Of a DNA stretch of 64,000 nt, positions 1-9,476 are shown piece after piece. The translations under genes were made by a program, and so were the position numbers. Source of the DNA: an uncultured virus (IMG/VR IMGVR_UViG_3300025894_001089) (Duplodnaviria; Heunggongvirae; Uroviricota; Caudoviricetes). Under the pieces are notes generated by a model. It saw only the letters and a program-made list of their open reading frames with translations. It was not told where the DNA came from and ran no database searches. The first letter of the stretch is position 1; the number at the start of each line of letters is the position of its first letter. The stretch lies in the IMG/VR virus record IMGVR_UViG_3300025894_001089, one strand, 5' to 3'.

Positions 1-1
1 A

Positions 2-487
2 TTGCCCCTATTTGGATCATTTCCACTCGCGGCCGCGGCGTTCACATTTCCGATCGTTGTTGTTGCAACTGATTTGACTGTACGGTTAATTGGTAAACAA
101 GCAGGAAGAGCCGTTGTGGCTATGGCCATTATTCCAGCTATTGTGGCGTCGGTGCTAGTGCTATTAGCACTTGGTGACGAACACGCCTACAGAGTTGGAC
201 TTGCAAGTGGCACAGCCTATGCAATTGGAACAATGCTTGATGTATATGTATTCCAACACATTCGTGAAAAGTATACCGAAATGTGGTGGGCGGCACCAGC
301 AATTTCTACAGTTGTTGCCAATATCATCGACACCTATGCATTCTTCTATACAGCGTTCTATCCGGCACCTTGGGTACACGGCGTAGCGTTCAATAATACA
401 CTTACTAAAATTGTAGTAGGTCTTATTGTATTCTTACCAGCATACGGTATGTTATTATCGTATCTTAGGAATAGAGTTAAGTCTTAA
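2..487 (+). CDS. VUT family (YhhQ-like) queuosine-precursor transporter, 5' partial
   Basis: Hydrophobic; TFPIVVVATDLTVRLIG, GTMLDVYVFQ and ISTVVANIIDTYAFFYTAF match YhhQ/VUT family motifs. Confidence 0.8.
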   Translation: MPLFGSFPLAAAAFTFPIVVVATDLTVRLIGKQAGRAVVAMAIIPAIVASVLVLLALGDEHAYRVGLASGTAYAIGTMLDVYVFQHIREKYTEMWWAAPAISTVVANIIDTYAFFYTAFYPAPWVHGVAFNNTLTKIVVGLIVFLPAYGMLLSYLRNRVKS

Positions 488-558
488 CCACAAGGACGAA
501 ACCACTAAACCTCACCTAATATAAAAATATATTAGGCCCAATAAAACGGTTATTGGAC

Positions 559-588
559 AAAAAAGCAGAAGGAGACTTCTGCTTTTTT
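559..588 (+). terminator. Intrinsic terminator (probably bidirectional)
   Basis: AAAAAAGCAGAAG-gaga-CTTCTGCTTTTTT perfect hairpin with U tract. Confidence 0.85.
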
Positions 589-642
589 CTTGACTTTAAA
601 AAATATCAATGTTATTGTAAATATAACATTAGAAGGAATAAT

Positions 643-954
643 ATGACAGAAGAATATAAAAAACTAGATGAGAAGATCAAAGAGTTGAACAGTACACGAG
701 TCTATAAAAAAATTACTCCCAAAGGAGATTTGAGCTGGTATATTAAATGGTCATCTTCGGTTGTGATCCTATTGGCTGTAATGTGTCGCAGTGTTCCGGA
801 CGTTCCAAAAATATTTGATCTAGTATTGTCATTTCATGGCTGTGCCGGTTGGCTAGTTGTTGGAATGCTTTGGCATGATAGAGCATTGATTTGTTTAAAC
901 GGTGTTTTGCTTTTTGTACTTGGAAGTGGAATATTAACCTATATAGCCAGGTAA
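643..954 (+). CDS. Small membrane protein (about 3 TM); likely start at ATG 643
   Basis: AGAAGGA RBS before ATG 643; hydrophobic segments after KITPKGDLSWYIKW. Confidence 0.6.
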   Translation: MTEEYKKLDEKIKELNSTRVYKKITPKGDLSWYIKWSSSVVILLAVMCRSVPDVPKIFDLVLSFHGCAGWLVVGMLWHDRALICLNGVLLFVLGSGILTYIAR

Positions 955-961
955 TTACAAA

Positions 962-1408
962 ATGAAAGATAAATTTAAAAAACTTTATATTGACTGGGCA
1001 AGACGAGTTGCAGAACTTAGTCATGCCAAACGACTTCAAGTTGGCGCAGTGATTGTAAAAGATGATACTGTTATCAGTTACGGTTATAACGGTATGCCTA
1101 GTGGATGGAATAACGAATGCGAAGATTTAGTTTTCTTTAAAGATAAAAAACAGCTTACCCAGCCTCTATTAAAAACTAAACCAGAAGTGCTACATGCCGA
1201 ATCAAATGCAATAGCAAAATTAGCTAAATCAAATAATAGTGGGTTAGATGCTGATATCTTTATTACACACAGTCCTTGTGGTGAATGTGCTAAACTAATA
1301 CTACAAGCCGGTATACGTACTGTTTATTATGCTGAGAATTATCGTGATGATACAGGAATAAAATTTCTAAAGAAATCTAAAATCTCGGTTCAGCTACTCG
1401 ATAAATAA
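962..1408 (+). CDS. dCMP deaminase
   Basis: GYNGMPSG, HAESNAI and SPCGEC zinc-deaminase motifs. Confidence 0.92.
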   Translation: MKDKFKKLYIDWARRVAELSHAKRLQVGAVIVKDDTVISYGYNGMPSGWNNECEDLVFFKDKKQLTQPLLKTKPEVLHAESNAIAKLAKSNNSGLDADIFITHSPCGECAKLILQAGIRTVYYAENYRDDTGIKFLKKSKISVQLLDK

Positions 1409-1453
1409 CATTGAATACACCCACCCCAAAATAAATTATAGAAGGATAAATGC

Positions 1454-2302
1454 ATGGGCGTTAAAACTCTAACCTTCCATAATAAGTTGTTAACACTGGT
1501 TTATAGTTGTCAAGTTATAGGCATTGCCGGACTGATATACTACTGGGATCCTATCTACTTGTTATGGACCGCACTTGGTAAACTACTTTTTTATAGCTTT
1601 GGCGTAGAAATTGGTTTACACCGTTATCTATCACATCGTAGTTTTTCCATGGCCAAATGGAAAGAAAGAATACTCTTGGTATTGAGTATGTTTGCTTGTT
1701 ATGGAAGTACACTTGGATGGTGTGCTAATCATAGAGTTCATCATACCAATGCTGATAAAACAAAAGGTGATCCACACCCTAGTAAGCAATGGTTTAAAAC
1801 ATGGTTTTGGATTAATACAGAAAAGAATGTTACAATAAGTCCAACAGTAATTAAAGATCTACTCAAAGATCCATTCCATAAATGGATGAGAGAAAATTAC
1901 TTTAGAGTAGTAGTTGGTACAATAGTTCTAAGTGCATTGATATTTGGTCCAAAGTTTGCTATATACTTCTTTGTAGTTCCAGCGGCACTTGCCCAACTTA
2001 GCGGCGGATTAATAAATGTAATTTGTCATAAATGGGGATATCGCTCATATGAAACTACCGATCTAAGCAAGAATAATTTTCTAGTTAATGCATATGCATT
2101 GTTTGTGGGTGTTGGATTACATAACAACCATCATAAATTTCCTTGGGAACATAAAACACTAACAAAAGGAAAACGCATTTGGCATGAAGTGGATTGGGGC
2201 GGATGGTTTATTGAAAAATTCTTGTTAGAAAGTAATGGCACAGATTGGGGGAAACGCTCTGGGCCATCAACAAAACAAACAAGTAAAATGTTAATGGAGT
2301 AA
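1454..2302 (+). CDS. Membrane fatty-acid desaturase (delta-9/acyl-CoA type), copy 1
   Basis: His boxes GLHRYLSH, HRVHH, HNNHH; GDPHP; TM segments. Confidence 0.9.
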   Translation: MGVKTLTFHNKLLTLVYSCQVIGIAGLIYYWDPIYLLWTALGKLLFYSFGVEIGLHRYLSHRSFSMAKWKERILLVLSMFACYGSTLGWCANHRVHHTNADKTKGDPHPSKQWFKTWFWINTEKNVTISPTVIKDLLKDPFHKWMRENYFRVVVGTIVLSALIFGPKFAIYFFVVPAALAQLSGGLINVICHKWGYRSYETTDLSKNNFLVNAYALFVGVGLHNNHHKFPWEHKTLTKGKRIWHEVDWGGWFIEKFLLESNGTDWGKRSGPSTKQTSKMLME

Positions 2303-2304
2303 GA

Positions 2305-3135
2305 ATGGAACAGATAAGCAGTAAGTGGTTAGCCAGCTATCTTGGAGGGATTACTGGTGTATTTGGTAGTTTTGTAGTTTTTTGTGCAGACTATCATCAT
2401 TGGGATTGGTATTTAATAAGTTTTTTGTGGTGGGTTATTGCATGTAGATTGATTATGCAAACAGTTGGACTACACAAATATTGGGCACACAATAGTTTTG
2501 ACACTGGACCAATCCGTGAATGGATTTTAACATGGGGTTGTATACTATGTGGTACTGGTAGTCCATATAACTGGGCAGTGCATCACAGACATCACCATAA
2601 ACACACTGACACAGACAAAGATATTCATAGTCCTAATACTAATACTTTTACACAGTCGTTTTTTATAACATGGATGTTTAAACCAGACAAATGGTGGAGA
2701 GATAAGAAAATTTCACTAAAGCATAAAGATTTGCTGTCTAACAAAAAGGTCATGCATATACACAAGTATTATCATCATTATTGGTTTGCATTGATAATTG
2801 CAACATTGATAATTGATTGGCGTATAACACTATTCTTTGTACTTCAACCAGTTGGTTTGAATATGCTGATGTCTGGAATAAACAACCATTTAAGTCATAC
2901 AGATATAGTTCCAAAATCATACAGGAATTATGAATCAAAAGATAATAGTCATAATTTACCAGGCTGGACCAATTTACTGTTATTAGGCGAAGGATATCAT
3001 CATAATCATCATCACGCACCATGGAAGTACGACAACGCAGACAAGCCAGGAGAGTGGGATTTAAGCGGCTGGGTTATTCGTACGTTCTTTGATATACACC
3101 GCGGTAAACTAGGAAGCGATTACAAGAGGTATTAG
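2305..3135 (+). CDS. Membrane fatty-acid desaturase, copy 2
   Basis: GLHKYWAH, HRHHHKH, DIHSP, GEGYHHNHH. Confidence 0.9.
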   Translation: MEQISSKWLASYLGGITGVFGSFVVFCADYHHWDWYLISFLWWVIACRLIMQTVGLHKYWAHNSFDTGPIREWILTWGCILCGTGSPYNWAVHHRHHHKHTDTDKDIHSPNTNTFTQSFFITWMFKPDKWWRDKKISLKHKDLLSNKKVMHIHKYYHHYWFALIIATLIIDWRITLFFVLQPVGLNMLMSGINNHLSHTDIVPKSYRNYESKDNSHNLPGWTNLLLLGEGYHHNHHHAPWKYDNADKPGEWDLSGWVIRTFFDIHRGKLGSDYKRY

Positions 3136-3136
3136 A

Positions 3137-3949
3137 ATGCAATGGAAGTTAACATATTTTACGGGCTACATTGGTGCAATACTAGGTTTAGTATACACTG
3201 TCCAGGCTGACATTTGGCCTTTGTATGTAGCTAGTATAATATATTGGCTTCTCTTTTGTAGACTTATTTGTCAACTAATAGGATTACATAAGTATTGGAC
3301 ACACAGAAGTTTTTCAACAGGTCCAATACGCCATTTTATACTAGCATTTGGAAGTATACTATGTGGCACTGGTAGTCCGTACACATGGGCAGTGCATCAC
3401 AGACATCATCATAAACATGCTGATACAGAAAAAGATGTACACAGTCCAACACAGAATGGTTGGTTAAGCACAATACTAGGTTACTGGGTATTGAATCCAA
3501 CAGAATGGTGGTATGACAAAGGAATACAAGTAACACATAGAGACCTAGTTAAAGACAAACAGGTAATGCATGTTCACAAACATTACTGGAAATACTGGTA
3601 TGCCTTATTAGTTATTACAACATTAATAGATTGGCGTATTGCTTTGCTATTTGTAATTCAACCAATTGGGCTAAGTTTATTTGTACATGGGTGCAATAAT
3701 TTGTTTAGTCACACAACCAAGTTTCCAAAATCATATAGGAATTATGATTTACCTGACAACAGTAGAAATTTACCAATCTGGACAAACCTAATGTTACTAG
3801 GAGAAGGGTATCACAACAATCACCATAACAAACCTTGGGCATATGATAATGCAGACAAGCCAGGAGAATGGGATTTCAGTGCATTGGTAATTAAGTATGT
3901 ATTTGATATTCATCGCGGTAAACGTGGCTATGAATATAATAAAATTTAA
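3137..3949 (+). CDS. Membrane fatty-acid desaturase, copy 3 (close paralogue of copy 2)
   Basis: GLHKYWTH, HRHHHKH, DVHSP, GEGYHNNHH. Confidence 0.9.
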   Translation: MQWKLTYFTGYIGAILGLVYTVQADIWPLYVASIIYWLLFCRLICQLIGLHKYWTHRSFSTGPIRHFILAFGSILCGTGSPYTWAVHHRHHHKHADTEKDVHSPTQNGWLSTILGYWVLNPTEWWYDKGIQVTHRDLVKDKQVMHVHKHYWKYWYALLVITTLIDWRIALLFVIQPIGLSLFVHGCNNLFSHTTKFPKSYRNYDLPDNSRNLPIWTNLMLLGEGYHNNHHNKPWAYDNADKPGEWDFSALVIKYVFDIHRGKRGYEYNKI

Positions 3950-3961
3950 TAGGAGAATAAT

Positions 3962-4732
3962 ATGAATCCATATAATCAGACACTTTGGGTAGTATGGGGT
4001 AACCATCTACTAACAATTGGAGCAATACTATTCTTTTTTGAATGGTGGATGATTCCAGTTGCCTTTCTATCAGGGCATTTGTTTAGTGTGTTCAGTGAAA
4101 TAGGAATTCACAGATATTTTACACACAAAGCATTTACAGTTGAGTCCAGATGGAAAGAGCAGTTAATGAAAGTGTTTGCTTTTTTAACAGGACAAGGAGC
4201 AATACTAAGTTGGGTGACAGTGCATAGGCATCATCATGTTTACGAAGACCAAGAAGGTGATCCTCATAGTCCTAAGATATTTCCATATTGGAAGATCTAT
4301 TTAGGCTTGTTTCCAAAAACCTACAAATCAAATTTGGTAATGGATTTAATCAGGCACAAAGATAGAAGATATTTTGTATTTGAAAACAAATACTATTGGT
4401 TGATGTGGACTGCTCTATGGTTAGGAAGTTTTGCAATTAGTCCATATCTATTCTTTGTAATTGTTAGTGGCAGTGCAATGTGGTATGCTTTTACTAGTGT
4501 AGTTAATATATTTTTACATGATGAAGTAGTTGGCCATAAACCACACCAAGAACATGTAGCCACCAATAGTGGATGGTTGAACTGGTTAACTGGTGTTGGT
4601 TATCACAACAATCATCACAAGAATCCTAGAAGCTATACATACAACCTAGATGGAAAAGATCGAGACTGGATTGGTGCTATTATTAAATACGTTATAGCAG
4701 ACAAAGTAGAAGTTGAACAACAGAAAGCGTGA
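3962..4732 (+). CDS. Membrane fatty-acid desaturase, copy 4
   Basis: GIHRYFTH, HRHHH, GDPHSP, GYHNNHH; AGGAG RBS. Confidence 0.9.
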   Translation: MNPYNQTLWVVWGNHLLTIGAILFFFEWWMIPVAFLSGHLFSVFSEIGIHRYFTHKAFTVESRWKEQLMKVFAFLTGQGAILSWVTVHRHHHVYEDQEGDPHSPKIFPYWKIYLGLFPKTYKSNLVMDLIRHKDRRYFVFENKYYWLMWTALWLGSFAISPYLFFVIVSGSAMWYAFTSVVNIFLHDEVVGHKPHQEHVATNSGWLNWLTGVGYHNNHHKNPRSYTYNLDGKDRDWIGAIIKYVIADKVEVEQQKA

Positions 4733-4739
4733 GTACAAT

Positions 4740-5594
4740 ATGAAAATAGATCCAGACAAGTTTAAGCCAAGTTGGACCGGGCATAAAATTAAAGCATTGA
4801 TTGTTATGGCACACCTAGCATTCATTGGCTATTGTTTTTCAGCAGAATTTAATTGGTTGTTTGTACTCATTGGTGGACCTTTGTTATGGTTCTTTATTTC
4901 TAAGATGGGCATGGAAGTTGGTTTTCATAGATTGTTTTGCCATAAATCATTTTCAACTACACAATGGAAAGCAAGAATGCTACTGATACTTGGTACAATT
5001 TCAAGTGTAGGTAGCAGTCTAACTTGGGTAGCTACACACCGAGTACATCATAAACATGCAGATCATTTAGGTGATCCACAAAACAGTCGTAGAGATAACT
5101 CATGGTGGAAAAATTGGTTAACACTTTGGGACGACAATTGGAAATCCGAGCCGCTTATTATTAAAGATTTAATGCGTGATAAATGGCATCGTTATATACA
5201 CAAACACTATTTTAAATTGGTACTTGGTTATATCTCCACACTGGGCGTTATAAGCCTGGCAGTATCTAGTTGGTATCCTATTGTTGTATTGTGGGCTTTT
5301 CCTGTTATACTAAATTTCAATCTAGCAGGATTTTTAAATTCTCTATTTCATAACAACATAAATGGTTGGGGATTTTATAGAAATTATACTTCTGATGATG
5401 ATAGCAGAAACCATGCAGTACTAAATCTTCTTATGGCAGGTGCTGGAATGCACAACAATCATCATGGGGCTCCTGCTAGTTATACCTATAATACCAATAA
5501 CAAATGGTATGAAATAGACCCAACTGCAAAGTTTGTTAAGAAATTTTTAGCCACTGAAATTACACTACCAGACGGATCTAAAGAAAAAGTATAA
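4740..5594 (+). CDS. Membrane fatty-acid desaturase, copy 5 (likely start ATG 4740)
   Basis: GFHRLFCH, HRVHH, GDP, GMHNNHH. Confidence 0.9.
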   Translation: MKIDPDKFKPSWTGHKIKALIVMAHLAFIGYCFSAEFNWLFVLIGGPLLWFFISKMGMEVGFHRLFCHKSFSTTQWKARMLLILGTISSVGSSLTWVATHRVHHKHADHLGDPQNSRRDNSWWKNWLTLWDDNWKSEPLIIKDLMRDKWHRYIHKHYFKLVLGYISTLGVISLAVSSWYPIVVLWAFPVILNFNLAGFLNSLFHNNINGWGFYRNYTSDDDSRNHAVLNLLMAGAGMHNNHHGAPASYTYNTNNKWYEIDPTAKFVKKFLATEITLPDGSKEKV

Positions 5595-5641
5595 ACGACT
5601 CAATCTATAATTACTAGTATTAATCAACTTAGGAAATTTCA

Positions 5642-6340
5642 ATGACTGGTACATATAGAGCTGAACTAATACCCACGGCAGAAGTTCGCTCAAACAAAAA
5701 CCTACAAAAAAAATTACTTTCTATTATTACAGGCCGCAATCGGTTAATGGGTGCGTCGGTCACTGATAACTCTCATGCTGTCAGAGAGTTTGCAGGACTA
5801 TTGGTCGAAAAGACAAAGCAAGGTTTTGATTCTAGATTTCATACATGGGCATTAGCATATCACAATGATGAAACTGATCCATGTGGATTCTTTGTATGTG
5901 GTAGTATTCATGATTTACCAATTTGGACAATACAAAGTGTGAGTTTTGCCAATGCACAAAAAAGAAATGATTGGTCAAAAGGACATCCTTTTGTAACAAC
6001 TCTTGATGCACTTGGTGACAAGATGATCTCTGACAGAGTATATGATTTATTGTGGATGAATCCTGATCGTCCAGCAATACGTAAACAATGGAAAAGTGGT
6101 TTTGACATGATGCGTTACTGTCCAAGTTTTTACGATTCAGAAAAACAGCAATATAAATGGCATAGGTATATTGAAGGAGTAGTCAAACAAGGCGAAACTC
6201 ATCCTATTGAACAGTACCATAAACAAATACTACAAGATAGACCAGCACTGGTTGATGTTGCAATTAGACATTTTGTTTTAAAAAATGAATACAGACAAGA
6301 ATGGAATGCAGTGTCCGACTGGTGGCCCAATAATGACTAA
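5642..6340 (+). CDS. Hypothetical protein (possibly GNAT-like fold)
   Basis: 232-aa ORF with RBS; fold guess is weak. Confidence 0.45.
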   Translation: MTGTYRAELIPTAEVRSNKNLQKKLLSIITGRNRLMGASVTDNSHAVREFAGLLVEKTKQGFDSRFHTWALAYHNDETDPCGFFVCGSIHDLPIWTIQSVSFANAQKRNDWSKGHPFVTTLDALGDKMISDRVYDLLWMNPDRPAIRKQWKSGFDMMRYCPSFYDSEKQQYKWHRYIEGVVKQGETHPIEQYHKQILQDRPALVDVAIRHFVLKNEYRQEWNAVSDWWPNND

Positions 6341-6788
6341 GTTAGTTAATTACTATAGCTGGTTTGTTCTAGCAATGGTATTACTAATTGTTACCAATGT
6401 ATTAGGTCGTTACTTCTTTGATCTTAGATTTGATTTTGCAGTCGACGTGAGTTGGCAGTTGTATGGAATAATGATTATAATGGGTTGTAGTCATGCATTA
6501 TCAACAGACTCGCATATAAGAACTGACGTATACTGGAACAAATTCAGTGATAAAGTTAAAGCTCGTATTGATTTTGTAAGTTATCTAATTTTATTTTTTC
6601 CTGCTATCAGTATACTCACATACAAAAGTATTTTTGATACTATAAGAAGTGTAGCACAAAACGAAACAAGCAGTGCAACAATGGCTCAACTCATAGTATG
6701 GCCATTGAAGATAGGAATTACATTAGGATTAATATTATTACTGTATCAAGGTGCAGTAAACACAAGAAAGTGTTTTAAAAGATGTTAG
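6333..6788 (+). CDS. TRAP transporter small permease (DctQ-like)
   Basis: 4 TM; NVLGRYFF, HIRTDV, IVWPLK; precedes dctM; ATG 6333 overlaps the upstream stop. Confidence 0.88.
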   Translation: MTKLVNYYSWFVLAMVLLIVTNVLGRYFFDLRFDFAVDVSWQLYGIMIIMGCSHALSTDSHIRTDVYWNKFSDKVKARIDFVSYLILFFPAISILTYKSIFDTIRSVAQNETSSATMAQLIVWPLKIGITLGLILLLYQGAVNTRKCFKRC

Positions 6789-8161
6789 CCATTGTAATGT
6801 TAGTGGCAATGATTGCCGGCATATTTGTAGGTGTTCCAGTAGCATTTACTCTCTTATTTTTAGCACTAGGTTTTGGCTACATCACAATGGGAGAAAATGT
6901 ATTTGATTTAGCCTATTATAATTTAATAGGTGGGCTTAGTGACGAAGTGTTCATGGCAATACCAATGTTTATATTCATGGGTTATGTTGCTGAACGGGCA
7001 GGTTTGGTAGAAGGATTGTTTGACAGTCTTAAACGTATGCTAAGTGGAATCAAAGGAAGTTTGTACTATGTTGTTATTGTAATTGCTATTCTTATCAGTC
7101 TGGCTACAGGTGTAGTTGGTGCCAGTGTGACCTTACTGGGTATTATGGCCGCGCCGCACATGATGCGGTTGGGTTACGATCACAAATTAAGTGCTGGTGT
7201 AATTGCCGCCGGAGGATCAATGATTATTATTCCTCCAAGTGTTCCTTTAATTGTTATGGCACCAACAATGAATGTTAGTATTGTTGATCTATATGCGGCT
7301 GTAATGGGTCCAGGATTGATGATTGCTTTTATGTTTATGGTTTATTGTGCCTATCAAGTTAGACGATATCCTGAACTAGCACCAGCAACAGAACATGAAC
7401 CTGTTCCGTGGACCTTGTATACTAGATTAATACTTGATGTTTTTCCATTGGCTTTCTTAATAGCAGTTACATTAGGCAGTATGTTATTTGGACTAGCAAC
7501 CAGTACAGAAGCAGGATCATTTGGAGCCGCAGGTGCTCTAATACTTGCTCTTGCCAATAGAAGTTTAACCTGGGAAAGATTGCAAGAGGCTATGTTAAAA
7601 ACAACAAGCACAAGTGCCGTTGTTATGTTACTTGCTATAGCCTCAACTATTTTTGGTGCAGTTTTTACAGGATTGGGCGGGGACAATATTATTGTTGATG
7701 CTCTTAATAGTTTACCAATACCAACTTGGGCACTGGTAGGCACAATACTTGTATTGTGTCATATACTAGGCTGGCCGTTTGAATGGCCTGTAGTGGTACT
7801 GGTTTTTTTACCGATGTTTATGCCCATCCTGGTAAATAACAACGTCGACATGTTGTGGTTTGGAGCCGCACTAGGGATAGTGATACAAACGGCCTACCTA
7901 ACTCCTCCTGTTGCACTTACATCATATTATTTAAAACAAGTTGTTCCTTCCTGGGATTTAACTATGATATTTAAATCTATGATGCCTTTTATGTGGATTC
8001 AAGTTTTAGCAGTCTGCATATTATTCCTAACCCCTAGTATCGCCACCTGGTTTCCAAAATATTTGGACCATCAGAGGCAGGTACTAAATAATTCTGTTAC
8101 AGGAGAGAAACCTGTAGGAGAAATAGATTTCTTATCAAAGAGCAAGTCAAAATCAAATTAA
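6782..8161 (+). CDS. TRAP transporter large permease (DctM-like)
   Basis: GVPVAFTL, AIPMFIFMG, IIPPSVPLI, TAYLTPPVA; many TM helices. Confidence 0.93.
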   Translation: MLAIVMLVAMIAGIFVGVPVAFTLLFLALGFGYITMGENVFDLAYYNLIGGLSDEVFMAIPMFIFMGYVAERAGLVEGLFDSLKRMLSGIKGSLYYVVIVIAILISLATGVVGASVTLLGIMAAPHMMRLGYDHKLSAGVIAAGGSMIIIPPSVPLIVMAPTMNVSIVDLYAAVMGPGLMIAFMFMVYCAYQVRRYPELAPATEHEPVPWTLYTRLILDVFPLAFLIAVTLGSMLFGLATSTEAGSFGAAGALILALANRSLTWERLQEAMLKTTSTSAVVMLLAIASTIFGAVFTGLGGDNIIVDALNSLPIPTWALVGTILVLCHILGWPFEWPVVVLVFLPMFMPILVNNNVDMLWFGAALGIVIQTAYLTPPVALTSYYLKQVVPSWDLTMIFKSMMPFMWIQVLAVCILFLTPSIATWFPKYLDHQRQVLNNSVTGEKPVGEIDFLSKSKSKSN

Positions 8162-8175
8162 AGGAGATATTTTGG

Positions 8176-9267
8176 ATGAAAAAGACTTTAGTAGGAAGTA
8201 TTGTAGCTGGTGCATTAGCTTTGTTTTCAACAGGCGTACTAGCAGATGATACAAAAACTTTAAAAATTGCAAGTTCCTACCCAGCAGTAAGCACACTTAC
8301 TGATCAAGCAACTTTTATTGCAGATCGTGTTAAGACACTTACTGAAGGAAAGGTAATTATGGAATTTAAACCAGCTGGCGCATTAGTTCCAGCATTCCAA
8401 GTACTTGATGCAACAGCATCTGGTGCGGCTGACGGAGCATGGACTCAGTCATATTACTGGGTTGGTAAAGATAAAACTTTATCGTTATTCAACTCACCCT
8501 TAGGTGGACCATACGGTATGGACGGTATGGATTTCTTAGGCTGGATGTTCCACGGTGGCGGACTTGATCTATACAGAACTTTCTACAAGGATGTTTTAAA
8601 ATTAGATGTTGTTCCTTTTCCAGTTATGCCAGCACAGAATCAGCCATTAGGTTGGTTTCATCGCCCAATTAAAGATCTAGCAGATCTAAAAAACTTTAAA
8701 TGTCGTCAAACAGGTATTAACGTAGAACTGTATGCTCGTATGGGTATGCAGACTATTGGTATGCCAGGTGGTGAGATTGCCGCCGCAGGGCGTAAAGGTG
8801 TTATTAATTGTGCAGAATTTGTTGGTGGTTTAGAAGATCAACGCATGGGCTTCAGCAAAATTTGGAAGTATTACTATCTAAACAGTTTGCATGAGCATTC
8901 AAACACAGGCGATTTACTACTCAATGGTAAAGTATGGCGTAGCCTTTCAAAGCAACAGCAGACAGCAATTCGTTCTGCCGCTTATGAATCATATCTATGG
9001 TGGATGACTGACATGCAAGGTAAAAACGGTCAAGCACTAGCAGAAATGATTGAACAAGATGGAGTTAAAGTTATGAAAACTCCAGCAGATATCATTGAAG
9101 CAGAGTTAAAGACTATTGATGCTATGTTAGCTGAAGAGAGTGCAAAGAACCCTTGGTTTGCTAAAGTACTTGCTTCACAAAAAGCATGGGCAAAGAAAGT
9201 TGTACCATTTAAGAACGTTGCGTTTACACCTTATAACTATGCCGCAGATTACTACTGGGGCAATTAA
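8176..9267 (+). CDS. TRAP substrate-binding protein (DctP/TakP-like, alpha-keto acid/monocarboxylate type)
   Basis: Signal peptide; PAGALVPAFQVLDA, SYYWVGKD, GWFHRPIKDLADLK; AAGGAG RBS. Confidence 0.9.
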   Translation: MKKTLVGSIVAGALALFSTGVLADDTKTLKIASSYPAVSTLTDQATFIADRVKTLTEGKVIMEFKPAGALVPAFQVLDATASGAADGAWTQSYYWVGKDKTLSLFNSPLGGPYGMDGMDFLGWMFHGGGLDLYRTFYKDVLKLDVVPFPVMPAQNQPLGWFHRPIKDLADLKNFKCRQTGINVELYARMGMQTIGMPGGEIAAAGRKGVINCAEFVGGLEDQRMGFSKIWKYYYLNSLHEHSNTGDLLLNGKVWRSLSKQQQTAIRSAAYESYLWWMTDMQGKNGQALAEMIEQDGVKVMKTPADIIEAELKTIDAMLAEESAKNPWFAKVLASQKAWAKKVVPFKNVAFTPYNYAADYYWGN

Positions 9268-9291
9268 GTTTTAAACAAAACTAAGTTATTA

Positions 9292-9317
9292 GAAAAGGGC
9301 CGTTGGCCCTTTTCTTT
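9292..9317 (+). terminator. Intrinsic terminator
   Basis: GAAAAGGGCC-gtt-GGCCCTTTTC followed by T tract. Confidence 0.85.
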
Positions 9318-9341
9318 TGACTGAATTTTCTCACGTATAAA

Positions 9342-9476
9342 TAGTGTTAGCAACGCCCATTAGTGGACGTCGGATACCTTGGACGCTTTGGTAATCATAA
9401 ACCATTTATCTAGTTGACTAGTAACGCCCTTCCGTGTATAGTGTGAGAGTACTATTAGCATTAACTTTTAGGTATC
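9342..9476 (+). ncRNA. Candidate structured leader/ncRNA
   Basis: Follows TATAAATA (9336-9343); several hairpins plus a closing stem 9342-9350/9455-9463; no known family recognised. Confidence 0.3.

Noticed and set aside
474..505. GGACGAAAC after a small stem, resembling a hammerhead ribozyme stem II/GAAA core
   Set aside because: The required CUGANGA before the stem is absent (it reads GAGTTAA) and no stems I/III were found
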